Source: the human T2T-CHM13v2.0 reference genome, Homo sapiens
DNA length: 64,000 bases
Strand: one strand, 5' to 3'
Assembly: GCF_009914755.1 (NCBI RefSeq)
Contig: NC_060929.1
Positions within the stretch are counted from its first letter, which is position 1, and each line of letters opens with the position of its first letter. The notes under the pieces are model-generated. The model saw nothing but the letters and a program-made list of their open reading frames with translations. It was not told where the DNA came from and did not search any database. The position numbers and the translations under genes are program-made. Shown here in pieces: positions 13,631 through 26,829 of this stretch.

Positions 13631-14389
13631 GTCAGGGAGTGATAGCTGGGATGCTGAGATTCTTTTTTTTTTTTTTCTTCCTTGGTTAGCCACAGCCTTA
13701 CAACATACACCTAATTATGTGGAGTCAAATTATGACCCAACGACTGATTGTAGAAAGGAATTGCATGTACCAAACCCCAAATATGAGATATTTTGAATTA
13801 TTTTGAGTATTGTGATTATATGCAAGGATATGTTATTCTCCTACAAATCATGAGATGGAGTACCATTGTCTAATGCTATTAATGCATTTAATCTGCCATT
13901 TAAGCCTTTGCCAGATTTCTGTTTTGTTCACCATAGCATGTTATGTACCAGACCTTGTTCCAGGAACTGGGAATACCAGACACAGACTCTGCTCTGCTGG
14001 AGCTTAATCTTTTTGAGGCTCAAATTGCAATACTTACTAAAGGTCAGATAGGCATCTTGGTGGCCACTAAAATAAAGCAATAATTAAAGAAAAGAAATCA
14101 TAGTGGGGTTGAATTGTTTTTTCTAACGTCTTGTAACTTGTAATAAAAAGAAGACAAAATTTTAGCCCGGATTGTCTGGACTGATAAGGAAACACAACAA
14201 CTTTCTATCTTTCTTGTTAAACTCCCTTGCAACCTGCAAATTTTGTTCTGTGATGTGTGGCAACTAAGTACAATTGAAATGCCCATGGCTAAATTTTAGT
14301 AGGAATCAAATGGAATATATTGATTATTTAAGGAGTGTTCAGACCTTGATTAAGAATGCCTGAACTCTTAGTGATGCAACAGAGCTAGA

Positions 14390-14545
14390 ACATTGGCCCA
14401 GTAATTGCACAGTGGAGTCACCCGGGAAGTTTTAAACACTATTTATGTCTGAGTGAAACTATGGACTTTGAGGACTGGGGGAACTGGAGTTTAAAAGTTC
14501 CCCCAAGTGATAAGTATGTGCTGTCATCCATAAAAACCACTGGTC
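14390..14545. mobile_element. MER5-like hAT MITE
   Basis: gcacagtggagtcacccgggaagttttaaa...tttaaaagttcccccaagtgat...aaaaccactgg. Confidence 0.55.
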
Positions 14546-15216
14546 TGAATCCAAATCACTTTAAGATCCCAAATACCATGGACCTCTGTGATTTATTGGG
14601 TATTGAGCCCCAATTCCCCATGCTGGAATGAATGAAAAATCCATCGGTTTTTGACATGGTAGTTAGAACAAGTGGTAGAAATTAGCATACCTATAGAGTG
14701 AAGGCATTAAATTAAATTTGGGAAGGTAGAGTTTCCAAGTCTTTGAAACTAGACCAGAATACCAGAGCTCAGAAATCTTTATTATTACAATTAAGGCCCT
14801 TAAGAATAGTCCCTGGAACACTAGGTCTAGAGATAATACAAATCTTTTGATTCAACATTTTTGTAATAATGCCAGGGTACCAATATGCTTAGCTACAATG
14901 TGAGAATCACTGCTGGGGTTGGTGGTTAGTTAAATGAGTGTGTTGTTAAAAGTGGCCAGGCTGAGACATAGGTAGTTAAGAAGGGAAGCTCATGAGGTTT
15001 GGACACACTAGTGCAGTTATAAACCTAATTAGACTCTATCAACATATGTTTATATAGTGCCTAGTCTGTGTCAGGCAAGTTATAGAGTCTGAGCTACAGA
15101 AAGACAAAGCCCTGTCTTCCCCGTTTTGCCTATCCCCACCCCTGGAGCATGTATTCTAGATGGCAGGGTGGACAGTAAACAAGAGAAAAAAAAGAAAAAG
15201 AAAACGTATGATATCC

Positions 15217-15528
<312 letters not shown>

Positions 15529-15620
15529 AATGTATAATATCCTTTACAAATTTAAGTGCACAGAAAAAAAAATGTAGGGAAAGAATAGCATGGGGTTGCA
15601 ATGTTAAAAATGCTGGCCTA

Positions 15621-15917
15621 GGCCAGGCGCAGTGGCCCAAGCCTGTAATCCCAGAAATTTGAGAGGCCAAGGCAGGTGGATTACAAGGTCAGGAGATCTA
15701 GACCATCCTGGTCAACATGGTGAAATCCCGTCTCTACTGAAATACAAAAAATTAGCCGGATTGGTGGCACGCCTGTAGTCCCAGCTACTCGGGAGGCTGA
15801 GGCAGGGGAATCGCTTGAACCTGGGAGGTAGAGGTTTCAGTGAGCCGAGATTGCACCACTGCACTCCAGCCTGGTGACAGACCGAGACTCCGTCTCAAAA
15901 AAAAAAAAAGAAAAAAA
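15621..15917 (+). mobile_element. AluSc-like element with TSD
   Basis: Full dimer with ggattacaaggtcaggagat..agaccatcctgg and cctggtgacaga. TSD aaaaatgctggccta / aaaaaagctggccta. Confidence 0.95.
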
Positions 15918-16761
15918 GCTGGCCTATAAAGGCCTCACTAAGAATGTGACATTTTAATAAATACCTCCAAGAGGCCAGAGAAAATTTTTTAACCTATCTA
16001 GAGAACATTTTATTTTTCTTAGTTTTAACTTGAAAAAAGCATGCCATCAATGTACATGGGAGAAGATTTTATAATTTATATTCTAATACATTTGCACTTC
16101 AATAAAGGTGAAATTATCCTCATAGAATTATAAAATCTCACTTGCTAATTTATGCCAAAGTCCACATGTAAGTAAACCAAACTTCTGAAATCACCTTTTA
16201 TTTCAATGTATTTAAAAGATTAAATTTACATCTGCAAATTGACCTGGGTTAATTTCATTTTATAATGATGTATCTGTGTTTCTTTTAACATTACTATTTG
16301 GAAAAACTCTCACCAATCATAATACAGATGTACATGATTTCAGCTAATAAATCTTTCAAAAGATAATATTTTTCATTCTCAGAAATGCTATTAAAATCAG
16401 ATGACTGATAATGGTAACAAATTTAATTTATTATGGGTATAACATTAACCATAGATTTTGACAATCTTAATTTTATATCATTATTTCAGTATCCATTAAG
16501 AACTTATACGAACTCTTTCATGTTATATAATGGAATAACATATTATTTCATGTTATAATGGAAAGTAAATATATAACAGAAAGTAAAGTTAGAATAACTG
16601 AGTATTTATGCAGATTAATACTTTCTTAATATTCAGTTTTGCCAGATAGAAACTAACATAAAAATAAATAATGTGTACTTTTTCAGAGTTTTGATGTCAG
16701 TGATTATACTTTCTAAACAGACAAATTTGAAAACAAAAATAAAGACTCTGCATTCTCTTCA

Positions 16762-17130
16762 ACAGTAGGGTCTATACCTGGGGTCCACAGATCCATGTAA
16801 AAGCATTCAGTTGATCTGTGATTTTGAATTAGAAAATAAAACAAAGCAAGCAAGCAAACAAACAAATTATTCACACTAAGCTCTAAAATTGAGCATTTTC
16901 TTAAATTGTGATCACAGAACCCAAGGCATAATACTTTCAGAGTAGCTGTGAATATAATTAAAAGTAGAAATCTTAGATTTTTTTATTGTACTTTACATTT
17001 TCATGAATATCTCAAAATATGGTTTAAACTCATACATTTCAAAATTAGAATAGCAATTAGACCTATTACTTGATCTTATTTTTAATGTATTAATTCAAAA
17101 TATACATATTAATATATCTCACTTTTTAAA
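16762..17130 (+). mobile_element. MER113-like hAT-Charlie element
   Basis: acctggggtccacaga...agcattttctt...gtagctgtga...atatctcaaaatatggtttaaactcat...attagacct...gatcttatttttaatgtattaat follows the recalled MER113 consensus in order. Confidence 0.65.
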
Positions 17131-19137
17131 TTTTTTAGTAAGTGTTTTCTAACATGAAATAGGCCACCCGAATTTAACAAATGGTTATTTTTATGCTACA
17201 TAAAATGGTCTCCAAGACTGACTTCACAACAGTAAAATAAAATGAAAAGTTTGGAATGGTGTGTATATTATGTTAAATTTTGTGTAAAAAGGGCAGTGAA
17301 TAAATGAATATAAAAGCAAATATGTATACTTTGTATGTGAGAAGTATCCCCTAAAGACTACTAAATAAACTTGTAACACTCGGCAATTCCAAATAATTTA
17401 CTAGGACTATGGGTCAGAGGCAACCAAGAAAAATCCCTTTGTAACTTATGAATTGTGGGCCTGATGTTTACATAACTTTAAAATAATACTTATAAATGTA
17501 TAATTATTTAAAAAATAAAATGAGATTTTACATAGAAATAATAAAGATACAAATGGTTATGGACTGATTAAAATGAAGTTTGTGATCTTTGTGTTTATTA
17601 CTTTATTATAACTTAATTTTTGGACGAACGATATGTTTCATGAAAGTGTTCAATCAATGTATGAGTCATAAAATCATAAATTATAAGATAAATTAGCTGA
17701 TCTTGGAATGTTCTCTTCGTGTACTGTATTGAAATCTTCAGAGAGAGTATTCAATTCTTATATGATTTATATTCCATTCAAATTTGCCAGACTTCTATTA
17801 ATGTAAAACAATGTTAGAACACTACTAACAACGCTGACTTAATTTTAAAACATCAACTAGACATGGACTGTTCTAAATAGTATTATCCATTCTCTTTGCC
17901 ATCACATGGTTTTACTGCACCAGAATTAAATGACTGTAATGACTTATCATGATTTATCATCCAGAGAATGAATAAATCTATACTTTCTATTATTAATCTC
18001 ATTACTCTCATGCATGACTTGACATTATAAATTATCTTGAAAAAAATGTTTCGCTCATTTTTCCTTTAGCATAATTTATTAAAATATCATTCTCATACTG
18101 AGGGAAAATGTACCTATGATTAGCAATAAACATGTATTTTTTACATCCAGGATTATTTAAATTTTTCTTAAAAATACATTTATTTTGTGTGTTACTTTTC
18201 AGTTGAACAGGAGTCCACTTTATGCATATGTTTAGGTGAGTGAAATAGTATTTTTGTGTACTAGAGGTAACCAATACATAAATGAAGAATCAGTTTACTG
18301 ATTTTCATAGTTAATAATTTAGTAACAGTCTAGAAGTCTAGAAAAATGAATAATAATATTATAATTTACATTCATCATTTCAAAGAGCATAAAAAATTTT
18401 TGATATTAAAATATTATATCATTTAGATCTACTTGTTTCAGTTATGTAGTTAAAGCAATCTTAGCACGAGATTTGCTTTAATAATTATTTTTCCAACTTA
18501 TTTACTATCCTAACACCAATATTTACTATAAACACAGTCTTAGCATTCATTAATATTTATTGAATTATTTTCAGTAAGGACACTATTAACCTCAAAGGTG
18601 ACAGCTTGAGTTGTTAACTTGGGTTTGGCTTATTACCTAAGGCAGAATAATGCATATCTTTTGTGTGTATGTTGGTGTTAATTTAATTAAATCTTTCATT
18701 TATATATTATAATTGAATGACTGCACAATAGAGACAGAAAAAAATGTGTGAAAAAACCCACTGAGACCTTCCTTTTTATTGGGCATTCTAGTCGCAGTCC
18801 TACCCTGTATCCTGCAGTCATCATAGAAAACTAGTTAGGCTCTACAGTGGTCATCTTTCTCTTCCACAAATTAAGAGCATTCTAAATATATAAGAATCCA
18901 TGTAACTGAACAATTTTATACCATACAAGTTACTTAGATTAATTATACCTCATGCTTATTAGTCCTTAATGATTTAAAATTAATGCTTAAAATAAATCTT
19001 GTTTTTTTCTTCTAAACTTTTCTAGCCTTCCCTAGGTAAAAATAAGGGATTATTTCTCAGTCACTGTAACTTTTAACTATCAGATTTTTTTCAGACAGTA
19101 GACTGGGAGAATCAACTAATAGTCACTTAGTATAATT

Positions 19138-19385
19138 AGGTGGCATTATGGTGAAGAACAGATCCTGGAGCCAGACTCCCTGGCTTTGATCTCAGTTCTG
19201 CCATCTACCAGCTTCATGACCTTGAGCAAGTGCTTTAATCTCACTATATTTGAATTTATCATGTATTGAGTGCAGATAACTAAAAATTTCTGTCTCATTG
19301 TTTTTAGAGAAGGATTATGTTAGATATAAAATACTTATACTATTGCTTGTCACATATCAAAAATTATAAAATTATTAGTTATTTT
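19138..19385 (+). mobile_element. MIR
   Basis: ggtgaagaacagatcctggagccagactccctggctttgatctcagttctgccatctaccagcttcatgaccttgagcaagt is the MIR core. Confidence 0.8.
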
Positions 19386-20639
19386 TATGATGATGATGAT
19401 ATCATTGTTGTCTTTGTCGTCATCATAAAAAATTGTAAATTCATTTTATTTACTAATATATTCTGACCACACAGAACAATGATTTGCAGGCAGCAATGAC
19501 TCGGTAAATTTGTGTGTAGTAAGAACATGTATTGAGTGAATATATGACATTGTCGTTTTTCTCAGATAGTATCATTCAATTTCCAAAATCCTGTGAGTTG
19601 ATATTATTTTCTTAGTGTAAAAACTAGAGGAGAGTTCAGAAAGAAAAACTCAATCAAGAGCTATATTGATATAATGCTAGGATATAATCTTAGATTTATA
19701 ATTTATATAATACATTCATTCATTTTACAACAATTGTCTTCAACCTCTCAGATCCAATGTTTCCCACATTTTCATTCAATTAGGAAAGAACAGTAGGCAT
19801 CAAGAGAGTTTAGCATCCAGCGTCTCCAGTTACTTGAAGCTCTACCAATGATCATATAGCTGGTTCATACAGGAACTGAATTCCCTCATGAGCTATTTCT
19901 AAAGTAAATTTCTGCAAATCATACTACTTGAGGTCTTATCCTTTCTCTTTCAAAAAGCTTGGGAAAAGTCAGAATAGTTGTAGAGGGTCTCTGTGATTGA
20001 AACACCATAATTATCTTTTCTAAGAGGAAGGAGTTTGTGATTTTTGATTTCTCCAACTCTAGCTACATTCCTGATATCCTGTTGCATGTCCCTTACCAAA
20101 CATCATTCTCAGAAATGGATCAAATGTGCTTAAAATGCTAACTTTGATAGCTAACCTTAGTAAGTGAATATTTAAATTAAACTAAACATAGCTTAAAAAT
20201 AAATACATTAATAATGTCATTATATTTATATAGAAATAATAGGTCTCCTAAATATCATTTTGGGTAGAATAAAATATTAGAGAAATATATATCATGAGGT
20301 ATCCCTATTAATCTTATGTGGGATTTTGAGAAATAAATGCCACAGCTGATGAAAATGAAAATATGCAAAATTTGGTGAGACAGTGGATTAGGTTTCAGCT
20401 ACTACATAGAAGACAATGGAAAGGTCACTCATTATTTTTTATTCAAAATATATGCTGAAATATCCAAATAATTGAGTCAACAAATTTTAGAATATAGTTT
20501 TTTATATGTTGATTCAATTAAAAGAGAAAAACCAAGCTGAACTGAGTAGATAATAGGAACATATGAAATATCATAGTTGTGAGTATGGAATTTTATTTAG
20601 TTAGCCCACAGCCCAGTAAAGTAGACATAGATATTAAAC

Positions 20640-21130
20640 TTTACTCAATGTGGAGGGCTAAGAGAATTGGCATTGTTCAGTTAGGAAAGTGTAATTTTAG
20701 GATTGAATCATTTGCACCTCCAATATCATATGTTGATTCACAGTGAGTCCTATAAACCAAAAATAATTTGCAAAATCATAAATTTCATTTGAAAATGTAA
20801 TACGTTTGACTTATGTATTTAATAGTTTAGAGGAGGATATTTATTGGTTTAAGTTGCTAGTAAATTAATAAATGGGCACTAATAAAAGGATAAAATATGC
20901 TTTAATAAAAACAGAATTTTTTTTTGACTGCAGAAATGACTGTCTTCATGATGTCAACGGTAAAACCTTGAAATAGATTATAAAAGAAATTTGTGAAATT
21001 TGATCCCTTATAGCCTTCAAAAGTAAAGAGAAAAGTATGCTTTCTGGATTTTTCTAGGCTTCTCTGGAAAGAAGGAACAAAACCAATAAAGATGTATCAA
21101 GTTCTCTTCATGAATATGAGTATTCCTTAT
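20640..21130 (+). mobile_element. Possible L3/CR1 3' remnant
   Basis: ctaagagaattggcattgttcagttaggaaag and ttgtgaaatttgatcccttatagccttcaaaa weakly resemble CR1 3' motifs. Confidence 0.3.
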
Positions 21131-23344
21131 TCCAGCAGAAATATTATAATTATAGAAACACTTCTGCAAGTTTGCTAACTATTAATTTGAAGAAAAGGGA
21201 AAACTCTCTATCTTCATTTCATTCTCAGCTTCCTACTAGATAATCATAAGGGCAGTAAAATTAAGCTTTTGAGCATCCAGACTCATGAGACAAACAAGCA
21301 GAGAGGAGTACATGCACTCTTTCTGAGGTGGCGGAGGAAACATTGCTGTCATGTAACCTACCCCAATTCCTTTTCTCTGTCCTCTTCTCCTCCTCTAAAC
21401 TTAATACTGTGCAAAGCTCTGCAGAATTCTATTTTATTTCATACAAATATAAGTGACAGCAGAATAAGTTTTGTAGGATTTACCCACACTCTTTAACTAC
21501 TGGTGTGGGGAAGGAATTACGACAAAAATCTTTCCTGAATTGCAACGTTTCTAGTTATTCAATAACCTTCCTCACTTGGCAGGGGAATTTTTCAAAACAG
21601 AAAGACTCAGTTGCTAAATCCAGGTAAAGATCTCTGTGAAGTGAATCCCCAATCGGAGACATTTTAAATGCTCTTTAATCTTTATAATTGAAAACTTTTT
21701 AAAAATTTTTTTCTCCTGAGAAATTATCTTCTCATATGAATTGAGAATAAATGAAATAATACATTCATTAAAATATTTTACTCTAATTCCATTTGTGTTA
21801 TAAAATGACATTTAGACATATTACCCCAACATAGTACATGCCAGTGTATGCCTAAGCAATGAATAGTTATATTTCTGTCAATGCGGATCAATTCATAATT
21901 ACATCTAAGAGAAGTTAAAACATCAATTTCCTAAAAGAAAAAAAAAAGTAAGTACATGTTATAAAAATACAACCAGTACAGCAAGCTCAATTGGTGCATA
22001 TTTTCTAAACTTTTTTAAAAATCACATTTAAGAAAGAAGGCAACATCTGGGGGATTATCATTAGTAGTGCTACTTTTTAACCTAAAGTATATTGCAATCT
22101 GTAGTGATTAATAATCAGCTTTGCGATAACTCCTTTCTCATTTTATAATTTTAATTCCTCTTTTATAGAGAAAAAAGTTATTGGTGAACTACTTTAATAT
22201 TCAGGCTTTACCCACAAGAATCTCTGGAAAGGAAATGCATTACTTATATGATACTCAAACCACTCCTATAACTAGTATATTACTTATTTCTAAAAATATA
22301 TATATATATATATCAAGGTATTGGAAAAAACCAAACAGAATATTAATTCATTCAGAAAGCATATGTTTAACAATTACCAATTGCTAGCATTATACTTGTA
22401 TTTATGATATTGTATTGAAAAGAAAATTGCCTCTGCTCTCAAGATGTTGAATATGCTTCTGAATTGCTTTAAATCTTCCTATTTAATTTGAAACACAAGA
22501 CTGTGAAGAAATTAGCTCAACAATCCAGAAGTATGTTGAAAAAAGTTTAGCTGGATAGAGGCCAAGACATGCTTGGGACTCCCATTTCCGAGGCCCTACA
22601 TGTGTCTGTCCCCCATTCTACAGAACTCTCCACTGCATGGGCATGGCTGCCTTCCATTAGAGTGACTCAAATTGGCATTCAGAGTCTTAAGTAAATGCTG
22701 GATACATACTTCTCTGACTCCTCACCCTAGACGTGTCATTTAATCTTGACCTTATTCTTTTCATCATTTTTATTAAGATAAGGAAAAATTATTTTAACTA
22801 CTTTTACATAAGTAAAATAACTGTACTCTTATTAAGAAAGTACAATGTAAATCTAAAATACAACTAAAGTTATAATTTTCAGTCAGAAGATTTTAGTTGA
22901 TATTTTGAATATTCTTGATATATTTCCCTCTGCAGCAAGAAATTTGCTTCTCCATAGTGCTTGCATCAAATTTAGTATAGCTATAATTTATATGTGGATA
23001 CACAATAAAATAATTATCTGCATTCACTGTATAATAACCAGAATCTCAAGGTCTAATAATGAGTAAAAATCAGTCAAGCTATAAAGACAATAAAGGTTTT
23101 AATTAAGGAAACAAACAATCGTATATAAAGTATTTTAAATATCTACACACATATGAAGACTTTCCCTTTATTTAAACAAAAATGATTGGATGTTACTAGT
23201 TTAAAATATGCTTAAAACTCAGTACATAATGTGTATATATACACATATTTTATATAGCAACATACCCACTCAAGGCTAAATGAAGAACAAACTTAAAAGG
23301 AACTTATTATTGATAAAATACACATATTTTGTTCAGGACTACTA

Positions 23345-23548
23345 GAGGTTTAGTATCCCTTATTTGCAATTCTTAGGACCAGAAGCGTTTCATCTTTATG
23401 TTATACTGGTTAAGCATCTCTAATCCAAATATTTGAAATCCAAAATGCTTCAGTGAGCATTTTCTTTGATCATCTTGTGGGTGTTTAAGTGTTTCAGATT
23501 TTGAAGCATTTTAGATTTTGGATTTTGGTATTACAGATGCTCAACCTG
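23345..23548. mobile_element. Tigger4a/MER46-like MITE
   Basis: TA-flanked TIRs gaggtttagtatccct ... agatgctcaacctg, with internal aaatccaaaatgct / agcattttagattttggatttt repeats. Confidence 0.85.
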
Positions 23549-24049
23549 TATTTATATGTGTGCCATTATTAAAGTCACATATTAGAAGAAAAATTCAGAA
23601 CTGAAAAATATGTATTAGTTATTATAGATTTTTTCATTGTTGAGGCTTTAAAGTTAGCTTATCATAACTTTTACAGTTACTATACATATATATGTGTATA
23701 TATATATTCACACACATACGTATACATACACAAATGTATATAATTGGTTTAGGTTATTTAATATATTTTTCTAAGGAAACTGAAACAATATCACTTGTTA
23801 TAAAGTATTGAACATAAAACCGATTTCTAAAAATAATTGTAATTGCTTTTGTCAATTGAAAATATGTGATCAGATTTGGTAAGTATACAAAATGAGGCTG
23901 ACTGGAGGTACAGAGCTCATATTTGACATCAAAAAGAACCTTAAGTTTCCACCATAAAATATGTTTTAGAAAACATAAAGCTAATATATTAAAACAATTT
24001 CTGGGTCCCAATATTAAAAGAAAAACTTTGATAGAAGATCATAAATCAG

Positions 24050-24684
24050 TGTGGCAGACAGATTCTAAAATGACCACCTGATCCTTGCCTTCTCTATTCA
24101 CAATTTAGTACAGTGCCATTTTCTTCAATGTGGGTGAACGAACTTGCTTGTAATCGATAGAATGTGACAAAATTGATAGAATGTCAAACATGATTACATT
24201 ACATAAGACTATCTTTCTAGCTAACTTAACATAAGACAATCTTTCTAGCTAACTTGCTTTTGAGTCTTGCTGTTTTCTGCTCTCCTGCTGTCTTTAAATT
24301 AGGAAGCTGCCATCTTGTGAACTGTCTATGGAAAAAGCTATGTAGCGGGGAACAGTGGGTAGCCTCTTGGGAGCTGAGAGTGGCCTCAATCTGACATTCT
24401 GGAAAAACCTGAAAATTTTCGTCCTAAAAATGTAAAGAAATGCATTCTCCCAATAACATTAGGGAGTTGGAAGTTGATTCTTCCCTACTCAAAATTACAG
24501 GTAAGAACAAAAACTCACTAATACTTTGATTATAGCCTTGTAAGACAATAAACAGGTGAACTTCACAACTTGTGCCTAGATTCCTGGCACACATAAATTG
24601 TGAGATAATAAATGTATATTTCTTTAAGCTGCTCAGTTTTTAGAGTTTTAGTAATTTACAACACAGTAATAAATAACTAACAAA
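24050..24684 (+). mobile_element. MLT1E-family MaLR solo LTR
   Basis: tgtggcagacagattctaaaatgacc...gtgagataataaatgtatatttctttaagctgct...gtaataaataactaa. Confidence 0.85.
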
Positions 24685-25211
24685 ATATTATTACCAAAAA
24701 ACAAGTAGAAACAAAGTAAGAGATTTATCTGAGAATATAGGAACATATATAATATCAGTTCTAGACAATAAGGTAATTTTTTTTAAGAAAAAGAGTCCCA
24801 ATGACTGTCACAAAACAGGGCATCAACCCTTACAAATACAATAATGTAGAAACGAAAATTTAGAAAAACAGTTTTACAAAGACAACTTAAATACCATAGG
24901 GGTTCTTTGGAGAAATATGCAAAATTTTGTTTAATTATTTTAATATAGTAGCTCCTTCTTATGCATGATTTCCCTTTCTTCAGTTTCAATTACTGAAACG
25001 GTAGTACAAAATATTTTGTGCAAAAAGATACTTTGTGGGATGAGAGAGAGAGAGGCAGGGAGAGAGACAGAAAGAAAGAGAGACCACATTCACATAATTT
25101 TTATTAGAGTACGTTATTTCATTTTATTATTAGTTACTGCTGTTAATCTCCTATTGTGTCTAATTTATAATTTAAATTTTATCATAAGTATCTATGTATT
25201 GGAAAAAAGTA

Positions 25212-25837
25212 CAGTTGACTCTTGAACAATACAAGAGTAAGAGGCGCCAAACTCCCACACAGGAAAAAATTTGCATATAATTTTTGACTACCGCAAAACT
25301 TAATCACTAATAGCTTACTGTTAAATGAAAGTACCAATAACATAAACAGTAGATTCACACATATTTTATGTTATTTGTGTTACATGTTGTATTCTTAGAG
25401 TAAGTAACAGAAAAGAATAAGTTATAAAGGAAAATCATAAGGGAGTCCGGAATTGATGGCTCACATCTGTAATCCCAATACTCTGGGAGGCGGGTGGATC
25501 ACTTGAGGTCAGGAGTTCAGGAAGAGCCTTGCCAACATGGTGAGCCATGATTCACCACAGTACTCACTCCTGCTTGGGTGACAGAGAAAATCCGTTTCAA
25601 AAAAAAAAAAAAAAGGAACAAGAAAAAGGAAAGGGAGAGGAAATATATTCACTATTCATTAAGTGCAAATGGATCATTATAAATGCCTTCATGCTTGTAA
25701 TCTTCAGATTGAGACGCTGAGAAGAAAGATAAAGAGGAGGGGGTTATCTTATTGACTCAGCACTAGCAGAGGCAGAAGAAAATCCACGTATAAGCCGACC
25801 CGCACAGTTCAAACCCATGCTTTTCTAGAATCCACTG
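25212..25837. mobile_element. Tigger2a/MER28-like DNA transposon derivative
   Basis: ta|cagttgactcttgaacaa ... gcacagttcaaacccatg...ccactg|ta, i.e. TA duplication and Tigger2-type TIRs. Confidence 0.8.
25444..25615 (+). mobile_element. Internally deleted Alu
   Basis: Left arm up to gccaacatggtga is fused to right-arm gagccatgat...gggtgacagag plus poly(A). Confidence 0.8.
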
Positions 25838-26422
25838 TATACAAAAGATTTGATGCTATCCACAGCTTTAGGCATCCACTGAGGGTCTTGGACTATATCT
25901 AGATAAGGGGAGTTCTACTATATAGAAAAGGGCAAATACCAAATGCCAAATTTGTGTAGATATTCTCCTTATTTTATTCCGTCATCTCTTCTTCCTTTCA
26001 TACATCCCTCCCTTTCTCTTTCCTCCCATGCCTCTTTCTCTCTGTCTCTCTCTCTTTCTCTCTCTCATGTATCTGCATTTACAAAATGTATTCTATACTA
26101 ATTTATTTTAGTTTTTGCCTTCTGCCCAAAGAAAATTTTTGCAATTACAATAGTTTAGATTTCAAACAAAACTGTAGTGCTAAATGTTTAGTATGAGTTA
26201 TGAAAAAAATTAAGAATATCAATTTAGTTAAATGGTTTATTCATTTATTGTGTTTATTAGTGTTTCATGGCATATATATGTGTTTATAATGTAATTATAG
26301 TAATAAAACATCAATATGTATTTATAAATAATAATATTTAAGTAAAATAAAATATAAATAATAAATAAAAGTATAATAAAAGTATAAATAAAAATATATT
26401 TATTTATAAATATATTTATTAT

Positions 26423-26592
26423 AGTAATAAATAGACCAAAAAGACACATACACCCGTATGTTTATAGCAGTACTATTCATGATAGCAAAGTCATAGAATC
26501 AACCTAACTTTTCATGAGTGGATGACTGGATTTAAAGAACGTGATATATATATAAATGTGCTATATACATATCTATATATATGCCATGAAAC
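26423..26592 (+). repeat. Displaced local copy of an L1PB segment (source 28090-28468)
   Basis: About 12 mismatches over ~108 aligned nt (hand count), with shared unusual motifs agtaataaata, aaagaacgtga and atgccatgaaac. Confidence 0.85.
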
Positions 26593-26829
26593 ACTAATAA
26601 TATTTTATAACATGTGTATATATATAATAATGTATTTATTATTTCACTTTTTATTTCATCAAATATACTTTTAATGTATAATTCTGGTCATAACTATTCC
26701 TGGAAATGGATAGATGGATGTTTAAATCAATGGAGGAAAAGATAGATGAATCAATTAATTGAACCATAGATACATGTGACATCTTCCTTTCATAAAAAAT
26801 TTCATAACGCAAGTGGGTAGATTTATTAA

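Larger units (their letters stand above)
24946..25920. mobile_element. MER2-family element split by a Tigger2-derived insertion
   Basis: Left TIR tagtagctccttcttat, body gagagaccacattcacataa...gttaatctcctattgtgtctaattta, right part aggcatccactgagggtcttgga...gataaggggagttctacta. Confidence 0.8.

Noticed and set aside
21540-21670. NF-kB-like ggggaatttt and donor-like ccag|gtaaag
   Set aside because: The motif is imperfect and there is no matching acceptor or other support; it is expected by chance in 64 kb.
26237-26449. Hydrophobic 70-aa ORF resembling a membrane or mitochondrial protein
   Set aside because: It is AT-only low-complexity sequence (I/Y/F/N codons) with no similarity to mtDNA genes that I can see.
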